Origin: Octopus vulgaris
Taxonomy: Eukaryota
Direction: 5' to 3'
Assembly: GCA_951406725.2 (NCBI GenBank)
Contig: OX597814.1
Span: forward strand, 187,364,001 to 187,428,000
Length of the DNA stretch: 64,000 nucleotides
Shown here: piece by piece, positions 37,121 through 50,964 of the stretch
Numbering within the stretch: position 1 is the stretch's first letter
Layout: every line of letters begins with the position of its first letter
Translations under genes and position numbers: made by a program
The notes under the pieces: model-generated
Told to the model about the DNA's origin: nothing
Seen by the model: the letters and a program-made list of their open reading frames with translations, nothing else
The model's database searches: none

Positions 37121-38656
37121 AATTAAGAGTCTACCTTGTATTTCTAGAAAATGTATACAGTTTAGCTGGTATAGTTGATACTTTCAGACAGTATAAAATT
37201 ATCTCATTTACATGCACTCTGTCTATTTTGAACATAAATAGATTATATTATGTGAGCAGATCTACTTAACACTTTTGCTACCATATCTTTGTTGAAAATC
37301 ACTGCTTTTGTACCAATTAATTTTGAAAATAGTGAAGAATTTAGTAAATTAATATCATCTTAAGTTAATGTTTGGAGTATAATTTAACATAAAATTTTGA
37401 TGGAAGGTTTGAATTTAAATCACTTTAAAACAGGCACCAAGGTTAATCTATCCATGTCTTGAAAATACATGCTTAAAAGATGTTGTTGATGGAGTGTCTC
37501 TAAAGTGTGAGAGGTGACACAGTTTATATATGAATGGCCTAACATTTAAACATGTATACATTTTTGTTCTTGTTTTGTGAATGGCTAAGTGATGCTTGTT
37601 GTCTAGACCTATAGTATTTCACTACCTAGGAATAAATGCATCTATAATGGAGTTGTTCATTTTTATGAATAGCAGGAACAATTAGAATAAATGGCATTCA
37701 TTGTAAGCATTTTTACAAGCCTCTAATTGTAGTATCATTGTTACTTGTCATTAGAGTCAGATAACAGCGGTATTTTAATAGGAAGCTTAGCAACAATTAA
37801 CAACTGTCATTAGCAACAAATACCTCAAGCAGTTTAACAAGGATTTACCAAGAAGCAATGCTGTTAACTGTCTTCAGTGACAGATGTTGCCAACATTTTA
37901 ATAGCAATCATTTAGTGGGAAAAGAAAAAAAAGGAAGGAAAAAAAACTGTTAGCTGCCATCAGCTAGAGATTTTTTTGTTTACAGTTTATGGATTAACAT
38001 CACCAATACATTTGATAATAATTAATAACAACATTTGAATCAGAACCAAGGTGAGAATACAGCAGTGTGGATTGACGTAATATTTAGGAAAGCTTTATAT
38101 TCTGCCAACTTTGTAATGAAGTTTGTGTATTCTGTCATAACATAAAGTCTAGTGAGAGTATTTAAAATTAAATTTCTTCCACAAAGTTTCTGGTGTTAAT
38201 TTAAATTTTCTTTTAGATTTTGTTTGTTTCCATAATAAACAATTAGCTTGAAATTGTAGGTTTCAATTTGATTCAGCCCATAATTAAGAGTCATTAATCC
38301 TTCATCAAGATAAAACTGTTGAACCAATATAGAAGCATCCATGACCTGCTAGAATTAGCAGCCAAATCTCTTTCAAAGTTCATAATTGATCTCTAGGTTG
38401 TGCCTAGCCATTCAGCTGATTACTAATATGATCAGAGCTAACGTGAAGTTTCTCAGTCACAACAAATTGTTTTACATTCAATGTAATAAAACATGTCCAA
38501 CATTATTACTCCTGCCTTAATGAATATACAATAAATTGTGTTATATCACACAATAAATTGTTTTGAAAGTAGTTTAGTTTAACAGTTTATCATTTATATA
38601 AGTTACAATGATTGCAGCTGCTACCATCGATGCGACTGTAGTACATAAAATAGCTA

Positions 38657-39078
38657 GGATCTTTTCGGTTTGAACGGCAGTTTTTTCTAGTGGTGTCATA
38701 TGAAATTGTCACCCATAATTACGACCCTAGTATCGATCTATTGCATTTCAATCTGTTTTAGGGTTAGGGTTAGGGGTGGGGGGAAGGGTATCTTTTTTTC
38801 TTCACAAATGTAAATAAACCCAATCTGTTTCTTAAATGAGCGACATATTCATATGGCACAGAATGTTTTTTTTTACCTCAATAGACGTCAGTGATTGGTT
38901 GAAATTGCAGAAATTGAAGAAAAAAAAACAACAAATATCTTACAAACAATAGAATTTTCTCAATAAAGCCAAGAGAAAAAGATGTTTTATAAACACATTA
39001 TACCAGTATAGGAAGTTTAACATTTTTTTAGTTACCTAGAAATTATGTTAAAAACTGCTGTTCAAACCGAAAAGATCC
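38657..39078 (+). mobile_element. Non-autonomous TIR DNA transposon (MITE), Merlin-like, with internal TTAGGG repeats
   Basis: TIRs GGATCTTTTCGGTTTGAACGGCAGTTTTT ... AAAAACTGCTGTTCAAACCGAAAAGATCC. 8-bp TSD AATAGCTA/AACAGCTA (1 mismatch). Second copy at 61852-62277. Superfamily inferred only from GG termini and the 8-bp TSD. Confidence 0.85.
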
Positions 39079-39880
39079 AACAGCTAGAAAGCTGTTGAAA
39101 AACAAAAGTGTTATTTCAGGCTGATCAAACTACCTGTTGCACCTATTTTCTCACTCTTCTAGCTCATGTACTAAACAATATGTCCAGTTGTTTTCCTCAT
39201 AAAATTGCACCAGTCTACAACCACTTACCACCTTAGCTATTTTGTTTTTTTAAACAAACTACTAACTCTTCATTTTGGAATGAAAAAGAGAACGAGAGAG
39301 AGGGAGAGAGGTGGGGGTCGCCATGAAGTTGTTGAGACAAAACTATATTTGGTAAATGAAGAAATAGAGTGGAAAGACCAGGTTGCTAGTCAGTAGTTTG
39401 CTTACCAAACCAACTAGGCTATGAATGTTGAATAGACAGTTTTTGACATTTGATGACTAAAGTAAATGTCATTACAAACAGTTTAGTTAGAATTAAGACA
39501 AGAAAATAAAATAAAAAGATAAGAAATTTGTATTTCTCAACTATGATCAACTGATAAAACTGCAGGACCAAATGTTGTTGAAGTAAATATATGTCTCTAG
39601 CAAATGGTACAAGACCACAAAACTGGAAAGAAGGTACAGTCAATTAAATTGGCCTGACTTGTACTTTATTTTATCAAATCGGTTCCTAATGTAACTCTAA
39701 TTTTATATCTTGCAAAGTGATTCTATTTCTAAAGGAGTGTATTGCTTTTTCATTGGTTTAAAATGGTATCTAAAGAAACGCTATAGTAATAGGAAAAAGT
39801 ACTGCAAAATATCTTATAATAGTTATGGCCATCTCTTAAGTAATAAAAGTTGCAAAGTACAAATAAAATTTAGTTGCCAA

Positions 39881-40850
39881 ATCATCATCATCATCATCAT
39901 CGTTTAACATCCGCTTTCCATGCTAGCATGGGTTGGACAGTTCAACTGGGGTCTGGGAAGCCAGAAGGCTACACCAGGCCCAGTCTGATCTGGATGCCCT
40001 TCCTAACACCAACCACTCCGTGAGTGTAGTGGGTGCTTTTTACGTGCCACCAGCACAGGTGCCAGACGAGGCTGGCAACGGCCATGATCGGATGGTGCTT
40101 TTTACGTGCCACTGGCACGGAGACCAGTCAGGGCAGCGCTGGCTATGGCCACGTTCGGATGGTTCTCTTATGTGCCACAGCTACAAATTCCATTGATGTT
40201 GATCGATATCAATATCAAATGATATTGGAAAAGCGGTAACCAAGTTTAGTGTTTAAGGAGAAAAACTGTATGAACTCAGTAACACATATATAGAGCAACA
40301 AATGTATTGTGTTACCATTTATTCCAATAAACCATCACTTCACCAACAACTAACAATAGCATTCATATTACTCTGTCAAATGTAATGCTTATTTATTGAC
40401 ATTGTCATGAACTAATTGTGCATTATCTTGCACCTTTGAGATTTCAATGATGTGATTGTTTATTTTTAGAATGACATTGTAAGGTAGGTATGAAAGGCTG
40501 GATCTGTCCAGTTTTAACATAAAACCAGTAGAATATTTGGGCTGGATATGACCAGCTAAAAAGCTAATCATCATCATTGTTTAACGTCCGCTTTCCATGC
40601 TGGCATGGGTTGGACGGTTTGACTCAAGGCTGGCAAACCAGATGGCTGCACCAGGCTCCAATCTTGATCTGTCAGAGTTTCTACAGCTGGATGCCCTTCC
40701 TAATGCCAACCACTCCGAGAGTGTAGTGGGTGCTTTTTACATGCCACCTGCATGGAGGCCAGTCAGGCGGTACTGGCAATGACCTCGCTCGAATCTTTTT
40801 ACACATGCCACCGGCACAGGTGCCAGTAACGCAATGCTGATAACGATATA
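39881..40850 (-). mobile_element. Two family C SINE copies (39881-40190 and 40568-40850) with an internal tandem subrepeat
   Basis: Repeated GGTGCTTTT(T)ACGTGCCAC units. The same subrepeat occurs on + at about 57755-58060. Confidence 0.75.
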
Positions 40851-43132
40851 CATATATATATACTCTTTTTATTTTTTATGGTTAAATATTAAGGATTACA
40901 AGACTATTATAATTATGCAGTGAAGATAGTAATGCTACTGTAGTAAAAGTTCATAGAGATTGGTAAAGGTTTAAAGAATTGAATTAGTTGCCCCTTCCCT
41001 CTCTCCATCCATTCGGAATGCAGTGTTACAAATATGTGGGGCAGGGCTGTAAGAAGCAAAGTATAGAAGATATTTATTGCCTGAGTATATGTAAGTCATA
41101 TGTTATTTATTAGATATGTCATAATTTAGATTCGATTTAATTAATTGCAAAGGAAACAATAGTTTGCAAGGAATTACATCCACTAGATACACTTTAGACT
41201 CTACACAAAACACTTTGATCGTTCTTTCAGCGTTAGAACTACATACATCACTCCAGTATTTCCATTGATCATTGATGTCTATATGTCCCCTCCATCAAGC
41301 AAGCAGCAATAATTCATATTAAACATTAACCACACTAACTTCACCTAAAATAAGATGGTTCCTCAGTTTAAGAGAGGCTAAAATGGTAATGGGAACTGTC
41401 ATTCTGCTTCAGATTAACAAACAGCAAAAAGAAAGATTATTGACAATAATGCCTTACAAAATGAAATTAAAAGACAATTAGTGACTAAAGATGTGTGCAA
41501 GGAGTGGGATCAAGAAGGTGGGGAGGGGGGGCGAGGGTAATAATTTAAGAGAATCATAACTTCAATATAATACCAGCTACCATTCTTATAGTTAAATGAT
41601 TGCTATAAATAACCTTGATTATACTTTCTGAAGTGACTCTTACAGAAGTGAAATTGCATCTAAGCCATAAAAGGGAGCAGAAAGGAAGTTAATCAAAGAT
41701 GAGAAGACTGTCCTTGGTCTTCATACACACAGACATTACTCATCATACAATATCACAGGCAAATTTCAACTGTTTCAATAAAATGCTTTGAATGCTTTTT
41801 CCTTTTCAAACCATCTCATGAATCACTTCTGAGTCGTTAGTGTTAATAAATATGAAAATAAAAGATATTCAACTAATAAAATGATTTGCAACAAATTAAC
41901 AAATAAATAAATAAATAAAACATTCAGGAGGGGGGAAAAAATTTAATTAAAAATAATAAAAAAAATAGCATTTTAACTATATTTTAAAGAACTAGTAATT
42001 AGATTAGAATGTTGAAAATTGAGTCAGTAACTGGGATTTGAAGCTCATTGGCTAACAAATAGACAACTTGCAATTAAAATAATAAATTAGACAAAAAAGA
42101 TTATTTTTTTGAGATACTAAATGAGCTGCCTGTTGAAATTAGTTTTCTTTGGAGAATTCACACTTTGTACTCAATTTCCTAACTTTTGCTAATCATTATT
42201 ACTAACTTCTAAAGCATAATATAAGATTATTATATCAAGCCAATTTGATATAAAGCTTAATAATAAAAGCATATAATAACACTGACTAATATGTAAATTA
42301 GTTTACAATCAATAGGATTGCCCAAGTAATCTCAGATGTCTTTTAAATATTACATCTCAAGACAAAAAGAAATTTTTTTTTAAAATGCAGTGATGATTAT
42401 TAAAAGAAAACCATTTGACAATTGTATTTAAATAATCCTGCCTTTGAAATATTAATAAAATAAATTCATTCAACCAACTTGTAAAAACACTCACACATAC
42501 ACATATAAAAAGAAAGCACAAACAAAATCTGGACACTACAAGCCACATCACAGACTATCTTTGAGGGTAGTTGTTCTAAATAAGAATTAATAAAAAGCAG
42601 AGAGAATTCTTTGATTGTCCTCTCATGGGACAACCTCTCCAGTGATATGTGTGTGGGGTGGAGGAACGATAAAATGCATCTAAGACATATATAATACCAA
42701 AGTTGGCCGCTTCTTTCTGTTGTTATGATGACTTATCCCAAAAGCCAACTAAGAGCTTCAATGTTGTCACTTGACCTGCTAGGAATAGCAGCCAAATCAC
42801 ACCCACTACATTAGAATATAAAGGAAACATTGAATAATGTAGTTCTGGATGGCCTTAAAAACAGAGAAAAGAGAAAGAGAGAATCATAAGGCCAAGTGGT
42901 TTGCTTCAGAATCACCTAGGTCTGGGTTTGAGCCGATTGCAGATGACCATGGGAAAGTGTCTTCTCCTACTGTAATGGTCATTCCAGGGTGTGAAATTGG
43001 GTAAGTCAAAAACTTTGTAAAGGCCCATCAGAAGGACCATGCTTGAAATTTGAAGACTTAGCTTTGAGATAAAGCATCATTCTGAGACTAACAGAATACT
43101 ACTTTATGACTGAAAAGTATATATGTATCTCT

Positions 43133-43922
43133 TCTCTTTTACTTGTTTCAGTCATTAGACCGTGGCCATGCTGGGGACCCACCTTTAAGGGGTTTAGTCA
43201 AACAAATTGAGCCTAGGACTTACTTTTGGAAGCCTAGTACTTATTCTATTAGTTTCTTTGGCCGAACCACTAAGTTATGGGAACGTAAACACACTAACAC
43301 TGTTGTCAAGTGGTGGAGGGGAACTAACACAGACACCCACACATCTCTCTATATAAACGGCAAAATGTCTGTGTGTGTATCCTTTATACAAATCCACAAT
43401 TTTTCAGTTAGAGGGCTCACACTTTCTATGGTCATTCAAAACTGTCCGAGGGTGGTCATGCACATCTTTACATTTCCCCAGTCACCCCTGCAAAGTCATT
43501 AAAAAAATCAATAGAAGTGACTTTTTTGTGAATTTTCTATCCAAAACCCAATCAAAATGCCTGAAACTTGATACGCCAATTGAATGCCAGCTAGCTGTAT
43601 GTGATTGGTTGGAGATTTGGACAGTACTCGCATGTATGTACACACGCACGCAGCTGTATATACATGCACTAGCACTATGACCTGGCAACGCCGGGTCATA
43701 GTGCTAGCATATATATATATACACACACACACATATATATACACTCACACATACACACACAATAGGCTTCTTTCAGTTTCCATCTACCAAATCCAGTAAC
43801 AAGGATTTGATCGGCCCAAGATTATAATAGAAGACACTTGCTCAAGGTGTCACACAGTGGGAATGAACCCAGAACCCTGTGGTCAAGAAGCAAGCTTCTT
43901 ACCGCACAGCCACGCCTGCACC
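43133..43922 (-). mobile_element. SINE family A interrupted by a Helitron-like element
   Basis: Tail at 43133-43343 and head at about 43760-43922. Confidence 0.75.
43344..43707 (+). mobile_element. Non-autonomous Helitron-like element inserted in a SINE microsatellite
   Basis: Starts A|TCTCTCTATATAAA. Ends in CTAG preceded by the GC-rich hairpin CCTGGC-AAC-GCCGGG. No TSD. Interrupts the SINE at 43133-43922. Confidence 0.7.
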
Positions 43923-44666
43923 TTCTATAATATATATCTGCATATATATCATCACCATCATCATTTAATGTCGTTTTCCATGCTGGTATGGGCTGGATGG
44001 TTTGGCAGAAGCTGGCATGGCTGGAAGCTGTACTAGGCTCTGTTGTCTGTTTTAGCGCGTGTGCATGTGTGTATATACATATACAAATATATATCTATGT
44101 GTATCTATATCTATGTGTAATGTGTGTTTTTTTGACTACCATATGCTCTTCCTGTTCACCAGCCCTTCCTCATTTCTTACATGTAGGGATGGGGTACACC
44201 TATTACACACACACAGTGTGCACATGCATGCATACACTTGCATATCCACACAGAATGAGTGTCTATGTTCATATACATACACACTTGTGTATATTTTCAA
44301 TGTAATGGTTTAATATTTAGCTTACTTACAAGTAAAGATTCATTTAATGCAACTAAACAAATAGATAAGATCTGAGAATGAGGAAGGAGGGTATCAGGAG
44401 AGAAGGAGAGGGGGAAGGGGAGAGAAATGGAAAGAGAAGAGCGAAAGAGAGAGAAAGAAAGAGAGAAGAGAAGAGAAGAAAGAGAAAAATAAATTCCGTA
44501 AATATATTGACTAAATTATCTATTGTATCACCTTTTTCAAATATTGTTTTCTTCCTCAGTGCTTTTAAAGAAATCTTACAATTTTCTTGATTTAGTTCTC
44601 AGACTAAATTTGAAAATAAAGAGAAGCCTTTAATTTTGCATATATACATATATAAAATTATATGTA

Positions 44667-44824
<158 letters not shown>

Positions 44825-45057
44825 GACAGAGATAGATATAGATATCTATATATCATTACCAGACTTTTAATATTTCAATTCTAAAAATATAAATGCAATA
44901 CTGTTATAATGATTCCTTTCCAAGGTTCATTGTTGATATACATTATATACTGAAGTAGTCAATTTTGTATATTTAAATGCTCAGATTAGAAAAAATTTAA
45001 GAAGATACATAGACACACACACACACACACGCATATATATATCAATACATACATATA

Positions 45058-45109
<52 letters not shown>

Positions 45110-45620
45110 CATATGCACACACATTTATTGATAAATACAGAAAATAAGGATGACAAAAGAATAAATTTTATTTTTAAGTATTAATCAAGTAGAAATAAAG
45201 AGCGGACATAATTTTTTTTTTCCAAGATAGATTTCAAAAATATATAATTTTGATTTATATTTGCATTTAAGTACTATATAAATACTATAAACACACACAC
45301 ACACACTAGACTTGCATTAAGTATATATAAGGTGTCTTTGAATGAGCTTCAAATCTATCTACCTGAAGAAGAAGAAGAAGAAGAAAAAGGTGGTGGTGGT
45401 GGCGGTTTTGAACCTCTTCACATAAAATTAGCCATATAAATTTATTAATACTTTAATTGTAGTAGACTGTGAAAATAATTTCTGGAGAACATACCAAAAG
45501 CAGAGAAAAAAAATTAAGTTCAAAATTTTTATAAAAGGGAGCAAAAGGATACCCTATTTTAAAATAAGTACCACTCAATTCCTTATAATTACAGGTCTTG
45601 TATCAAAATGAGGAAAAAAA

Positions 45621-46068
45621 TTATCTTTCAAGGTGGCAAAGTGGCAGAATTGTTAAAATGTTGGACAAAATATATGTAGCAGCATTTCTTCTGAGTTCAA
45701 ATCCTACTGGGGTCAAAATCTGCCTTTTATCCATAAAATAATGTACCAATCGAATACTGGGATCAATGTAATTTGACTAACATCTACTCCTAAAATTACT
45801 GGCCTTGTACTAAAATTTGAAACAATTATTATTATTATATGAGTTCAAATTCCGCCGAGGTCGACTTTGCCTTTCATCCTTTCAGAGTCGATAAATTAAG
45901 TACCAGTTACGCACTGGGGTCGATGTCTGTCCTTGTTTAGCCCCTTGTGGGTAGTAAAGAAATAATAATTATCTTTCAAGGTGCAAAGTGGCAGAATTGT
46001 TAAAATGTTGGACAAAATAAATGTAGCAGCATTTCTTCTGAGTTCAAATCCTGCTGGGGTCAAATCTG
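45621..46068 (+). repeat. ~100-bp local direct duplication (45621-45722 and 45969-46068)
   Basis: Both copies share the same diverged SINE-head variant, TTATCTTTCAAGGTG(G)CAAAGTGGCAGAATTGTTAAAATGTTGGACAAAATA..., with few differences. Confidence 0.85.
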
Positions 46069-46262
46069 TAATAATTATTATTATTATCATCATCATTATT
46101 ATAAGGGGGATGCACTGGCAGAATCATTGGTGTGTGTTAGAATAAATGCCATGTCTTGTGGTTATTTCTTTTGACACTTTGCATTCCAGGTTAAAAAGCT
46201 GCTGAGATCAACTTTGACTTTCATTTCTAGAGGCGTGACGGGGGAGGGGGAGATAAGGTACC

Positions 46263-46489
46263 TATTTCTTTACTACCCACAAGGGGGCTAAACACAGAGA
46301 GGACAAACAAGAACAGATAAAATTAAGTCGATTATATCGACCCCAGTGCGTAACTGGTACTTATTTAATCGACCCCGAAAGGATGAAAGGCAAAGTCGAC
46401 CTCGGCGGAATTTGAACTCAGAACGTAGCGACAGACGAAATACCGGTAGGCATTGCGCCCGGCGTGCTAACGTTTCTGCCAGCTAGCCT
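46263..46489 (-). mobile_element. Family B SINE inserted in an older family B copy
   Basis: TSD GGAGATAAGGTACC. Confidence 0.8.
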
Positions 46490-47084
46490 GGAGATAAGGT
46501 ACCAGTTAAGTATTGAGGTTGATTCAATCATCTAACCCTCTTCCACTGAAGTTACAGGCCTTGTGCCCAAATGAAAAATACTATTATTATTATTAGGCAG
46601 ACGGTAGAATAAGACTGTACCCTGCACACACAAAAAAAAACTAGCAGGAGTTATGTTGTATAGTTATGTCCCTTTATGTTCTGCGTTCAAGTCTCACTTG
46701 AGTGAACTTTACCCCTCATTCTTCTAGGGTCCATAAAAGAAGTACCGTTCAAGTACTAGGGTCAATAGAATTTACTATACTTGCCTGTAAAAAAAAGTAA
46801 CAAAAAAAAAAAAACTGGCTTTGTGTACATGTATACAAGGCTTACGCGCGCGCGCGAAACCGTCCCCCCCACCTCCACCCCGTTTATATATATAAATATA
46901 TTGCAAACATATATATATATGTACGCTTAGTGCTTCTGTGCATATCTATACTCACATGTATAAACACACACACACACACACACACACACAGGCGCAGAGA
47001 TAATAGCATACATTTTTCGCATATGTTTATTTGATTAAGTGTTTGTGTGTCCACGTGTAAGTTTGCGTGTGTAAGAGAGAGCAG

Positions 47085-47120
<36 letters not shown>

Positions 47121-50100
47121 GCACACAAATACACACACGCACGCACGCACACACATACATACACATACACCGTGTGTTTGATCTTATCTGGCTGTGTGTA
47201 TGTATTACATACACAAGATGTGTTTGATCTTCTCTCATTTTCTCTCTCTCTCTCTCGTTCTGTGTGAATGTATGTTCTCTCTCTCTTTCTCTCCCGCACT
47301 CAAACACATAAATACAGGAACACATTAAATGTATAGAGAGAGAGGTAGAAGAAAGAGAAGCCAAAAAGGCAAGGCACAGAAGAAAATGAGTGTGAGAAAG
47401 ATAGATAGACAGAGAAAGAGAAAGAGAGAGAGAGAGAGGTGTTTATCATTTCATGTGTAGTTGGGTTCATCTGAAATGTTTGTGTAATTGCCTTTACAAA
47501 TAGCTTCCCTTCTCTTTCAGATTGCTACAGTGACTCACTAGACAAGAGGGAAGAGAGAACTACAGTCTGTTTAGAAAAAGAGAAAGAAGTAATACTACTG
47601 TTTAGAGAGAAAGAAGTGTTGATGATGGTGGAGAAAATTTTTATTTATTTATTTATTTATTCTTTTCTTTCTTTCTTTTTTTTTTCTTTTATTACATTTT
47701 TATTATTCTTGTTGATTTGTTTGTTACTTTCTTTTTCATTTATTCTTCCTTTTCTATAGTAATCAGTATGATAGCTGACAGCTACTAGCCAATGGGTTGA
47801 CATCAGAATGGTGAACAAAGCTATTTAGAGAATCACTGAGTGAATGTCAAAACATTCTTGATAATGGTTAAATGTTTAGTGAGTCTTTCTCTTGTCTGCA
47901 GCTAGCAATTCTTCATTCAGATTCCAATTTTGTTCTCTCTTCCTCTTCTCTCAGCCAGGGAAAAGCAACCAGGCTTGAGCTGTTACTACTTGCAATTCAT
48001 GATTTATGAGAAATTCTCTCCTTTTGATTATTTAAGTTATTTTTCTCCTTTTCTTTAAATATCAAGAAGTCAACATTTCACATTGAATTTTAATTCATTT
48101 GATTTGTTTTTAAAGCAGGTATACTGCTAAAGCATTGTTTTCCTATCAAGTTTTGGTGTCTTCTATTTAGTAATAATAAATTATTTTATTAAACAATGTA
48201 AATATTTCTTTGTCATACAAAACAGTATCGTTCCTTTCTTCTGCTTTGGACAATTTTGATTTTATTATAGGATAACATTTTTGTATAGGAAATGAGGCAT
48301 TACATATTTATAGATGCTTTCTCCCAAATTTAAAATTTAATAGATTTTGAAAAATTATAAATCAGATGAATTTAAAATTCAAAAGTTCATAGTGATCAAA
48401 CATAATTGAACATGAATTCTGAAGGAATTTTTAATGTAAAGAGAATCAAGAAATTTAAACTGCAATACAAATATGTATTTAAAATATTTGAGTTTGAAAT
48501 CAGAATCTTCCAAGAGCATTAATAATATGTAAAGTGCTTTGATAGAAATGATTTTAAAGCAAAGCTAATTACATCCTCTTTTCATAAAAAATAGTGATAC
48601 ATGTGAGATGCCAAACTATGACAGTTTACATGGCTTTAGATATTGGGTGTTAGGAATCAGAAAATAATCTAAGGTTTGATTTTTGTCAAAGACACCTCTA
48701 ACATATTGAATTCCGACAGCCGTCTGCTTTATCCTAATTATGATTTCAAACATCATAGTCATTAGTTTTTAAGTTCACTTTTCCGTGAATTATACAACTC
48801 TGTAGTTTATCGTTTCTTCTCTTGTCCTGGTTATTGTCCAACTAATAATCCATGCTCATCTTGGACACTTTTGTTTTTGCCTACCACGAATTATCCAATT
48901 GCATATCTTCAGGCCACATCAAACTATCCAAATCGGGTCTTTTTTTTTTTTCTTTTTTTAAATGTCTGATATCCAGTTCACCTCTGACTTTGGTTTATGT
49001 CAATCCATTTCAACCTACGCTTTTGACCCACTTTTCTCATCAGCTTATGGTAGTACCCCCCCTCTACACACACACATATACAAAACACACTTTTTAACAG
49101 TATATACCGCCCATTTTTAATACATACATCTAATAAGCAATGTATGCATGCATGTGTGTGTGTGTGTGTGTGTTTGCTTGTTTATTTATATATTTATTTA
49201 GTGGATCCTTCTTTATCTCATGCCAAAAAATATATTTTAAACTTTATTGCCCAAGTAACTAACTCCTGAATAACATCAAACCTCCAACACGAGCAACACA
49301 TAACTTGCTTTTCAATGTTAAGGGTTCCTGAACTATTTCCAACCTCTTCACAGTTACCAGTTATTCTCCAGAAATCTTATCTATCATCTCCAGTTAACAA
49401 TCATTACAATCCAAGGTCTAATATACTATGTTGTGAAGTCAACCAAGTTATTCTAGTGTCTTTAGTACATTTAAAATAAATGTTGATTCATATCTGATTA
49501 ATGTGTGTGCTGCCATTAGCTCTAAAGCCTGTAGCAGTACACTGATCATCAAAGACCTTCCTTATTCTAAAAATATATAAAAATTATTCAATATGATTAT
49601 TTCCAATATGATAAGACATAGTCTATAGATGTTAACTATTAGCTCAGATGAATTTCATGTCCCTATCTGAGGGTATTGCTAAAACTTACAGCAGCAATCT
49701 CTCAAAGACATTAATAGAAAAACAAAACAAAAATACTTATTCTACAAAAAAAAAAAAAAAGGCAGTGTGTCAAGTGTATTGAAGCATGGGGGATAAAAAT
49801 GTTAAATATTTTTCTCAATTTAACTTCACTTCTTTCTTACTGATAATATACATTCTGCCTTTTTGCACATAAATATACTTCAGATGTCAGAAGGAACAAA
49901 AGTTCTGTCTTTTAAAAGCCAATTTTCTCTAGTTTCAATCTCTACATTGTGATCTTGACAAATGAAAATTTTCCTTTTTCTTTTTTTCACCATTTCCATC
50001 ATAGATAGATAAATCACTATTTTTCAGAAGAGCATCGGTTGTACTACTAGCTTAAACTATCAGATCTTTTGTACTGTGGATGAAAGCTATTTTAAGGCAG

Positions 50101-50964
50101 CTAACTAGATATATAGCTTCCCTTCATGTGCATATATTGATTGCACAGTACAGAAGTTTTATGCATTTCCCTTTTTGCTTTCTTCTTTTTTTTCTTCTTT
50201 TCCAGAGAGTGAGTCAAAGCAATCTTCACTATAGCTTAGCAAAGATTATAACAGCTAATATGTTTGTTGTTTTCATATTTCCCAGTAGGTTTGCTTAGGT
50301 TCAAGCTTTACTTTTATACATCTTGACCTATTTGAAGACAAGATTACCTGCATGCAACAAAGAAGAAACATTCAAGGATGTTCATATAACCTTGAATTGA
50401 ATCTATTTATGTTGTATTATCATTATGATTAGTGGATAATAGCACCAAGTTAAATGCCTTACAGTATTTAGTTTTGTTTCTCTACATGCCTTCAGCATTC
50501 ACTTTCATCTTTCTTAGATATTACAAGTACTGGGTCAAGCCAATGAAATATATCCCTTCCTTTCAAATCTGTGGCCCTAATAAAGTGAGGAATTACTGTG
50601 CCAATGCTCCTTCCACTGCTGCCACTGTCACTGCCATCACCTCCACCACCCACAGTATCATCAATATCTTCTTCAACATTATTATTATCATTATTGTATC
50701 AACTACACGTCTTATATAACAAAATAATGAACTTCCCTCTCTCTCTCTCTCTCAAATTTTAAAGGATTGTTTACAATGTTGTCAAAAGTTTCAAAACAAA
50801 ATATCTTTTATAGATTTAGCCATGAAAGAATCTTAGACTGTTAAGTGAAATAATTACTTGTGACACTAAATATGTAAGTATTTCCTTAAGAATAGATTTA
50901 GGGAAATGGTGGGTTGCAGAGCTTATTTTCTTCTTCTTTAACCTTATGCAAGATATGTTATTAT

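Noticed and set aside
38758-38790. TTAGGG repeats as a telomere or chromosome-fusion relic
   Set aside because: Only about 3 units, internal to a multi-copy MITE.
39990-40190. Short repeats with spacers resembling a CRISPR-like array
   Set aside because: Degenerate internal subrepeats of SINE family C in a eukaryotic genome, with no constant repeat and no cas genes.
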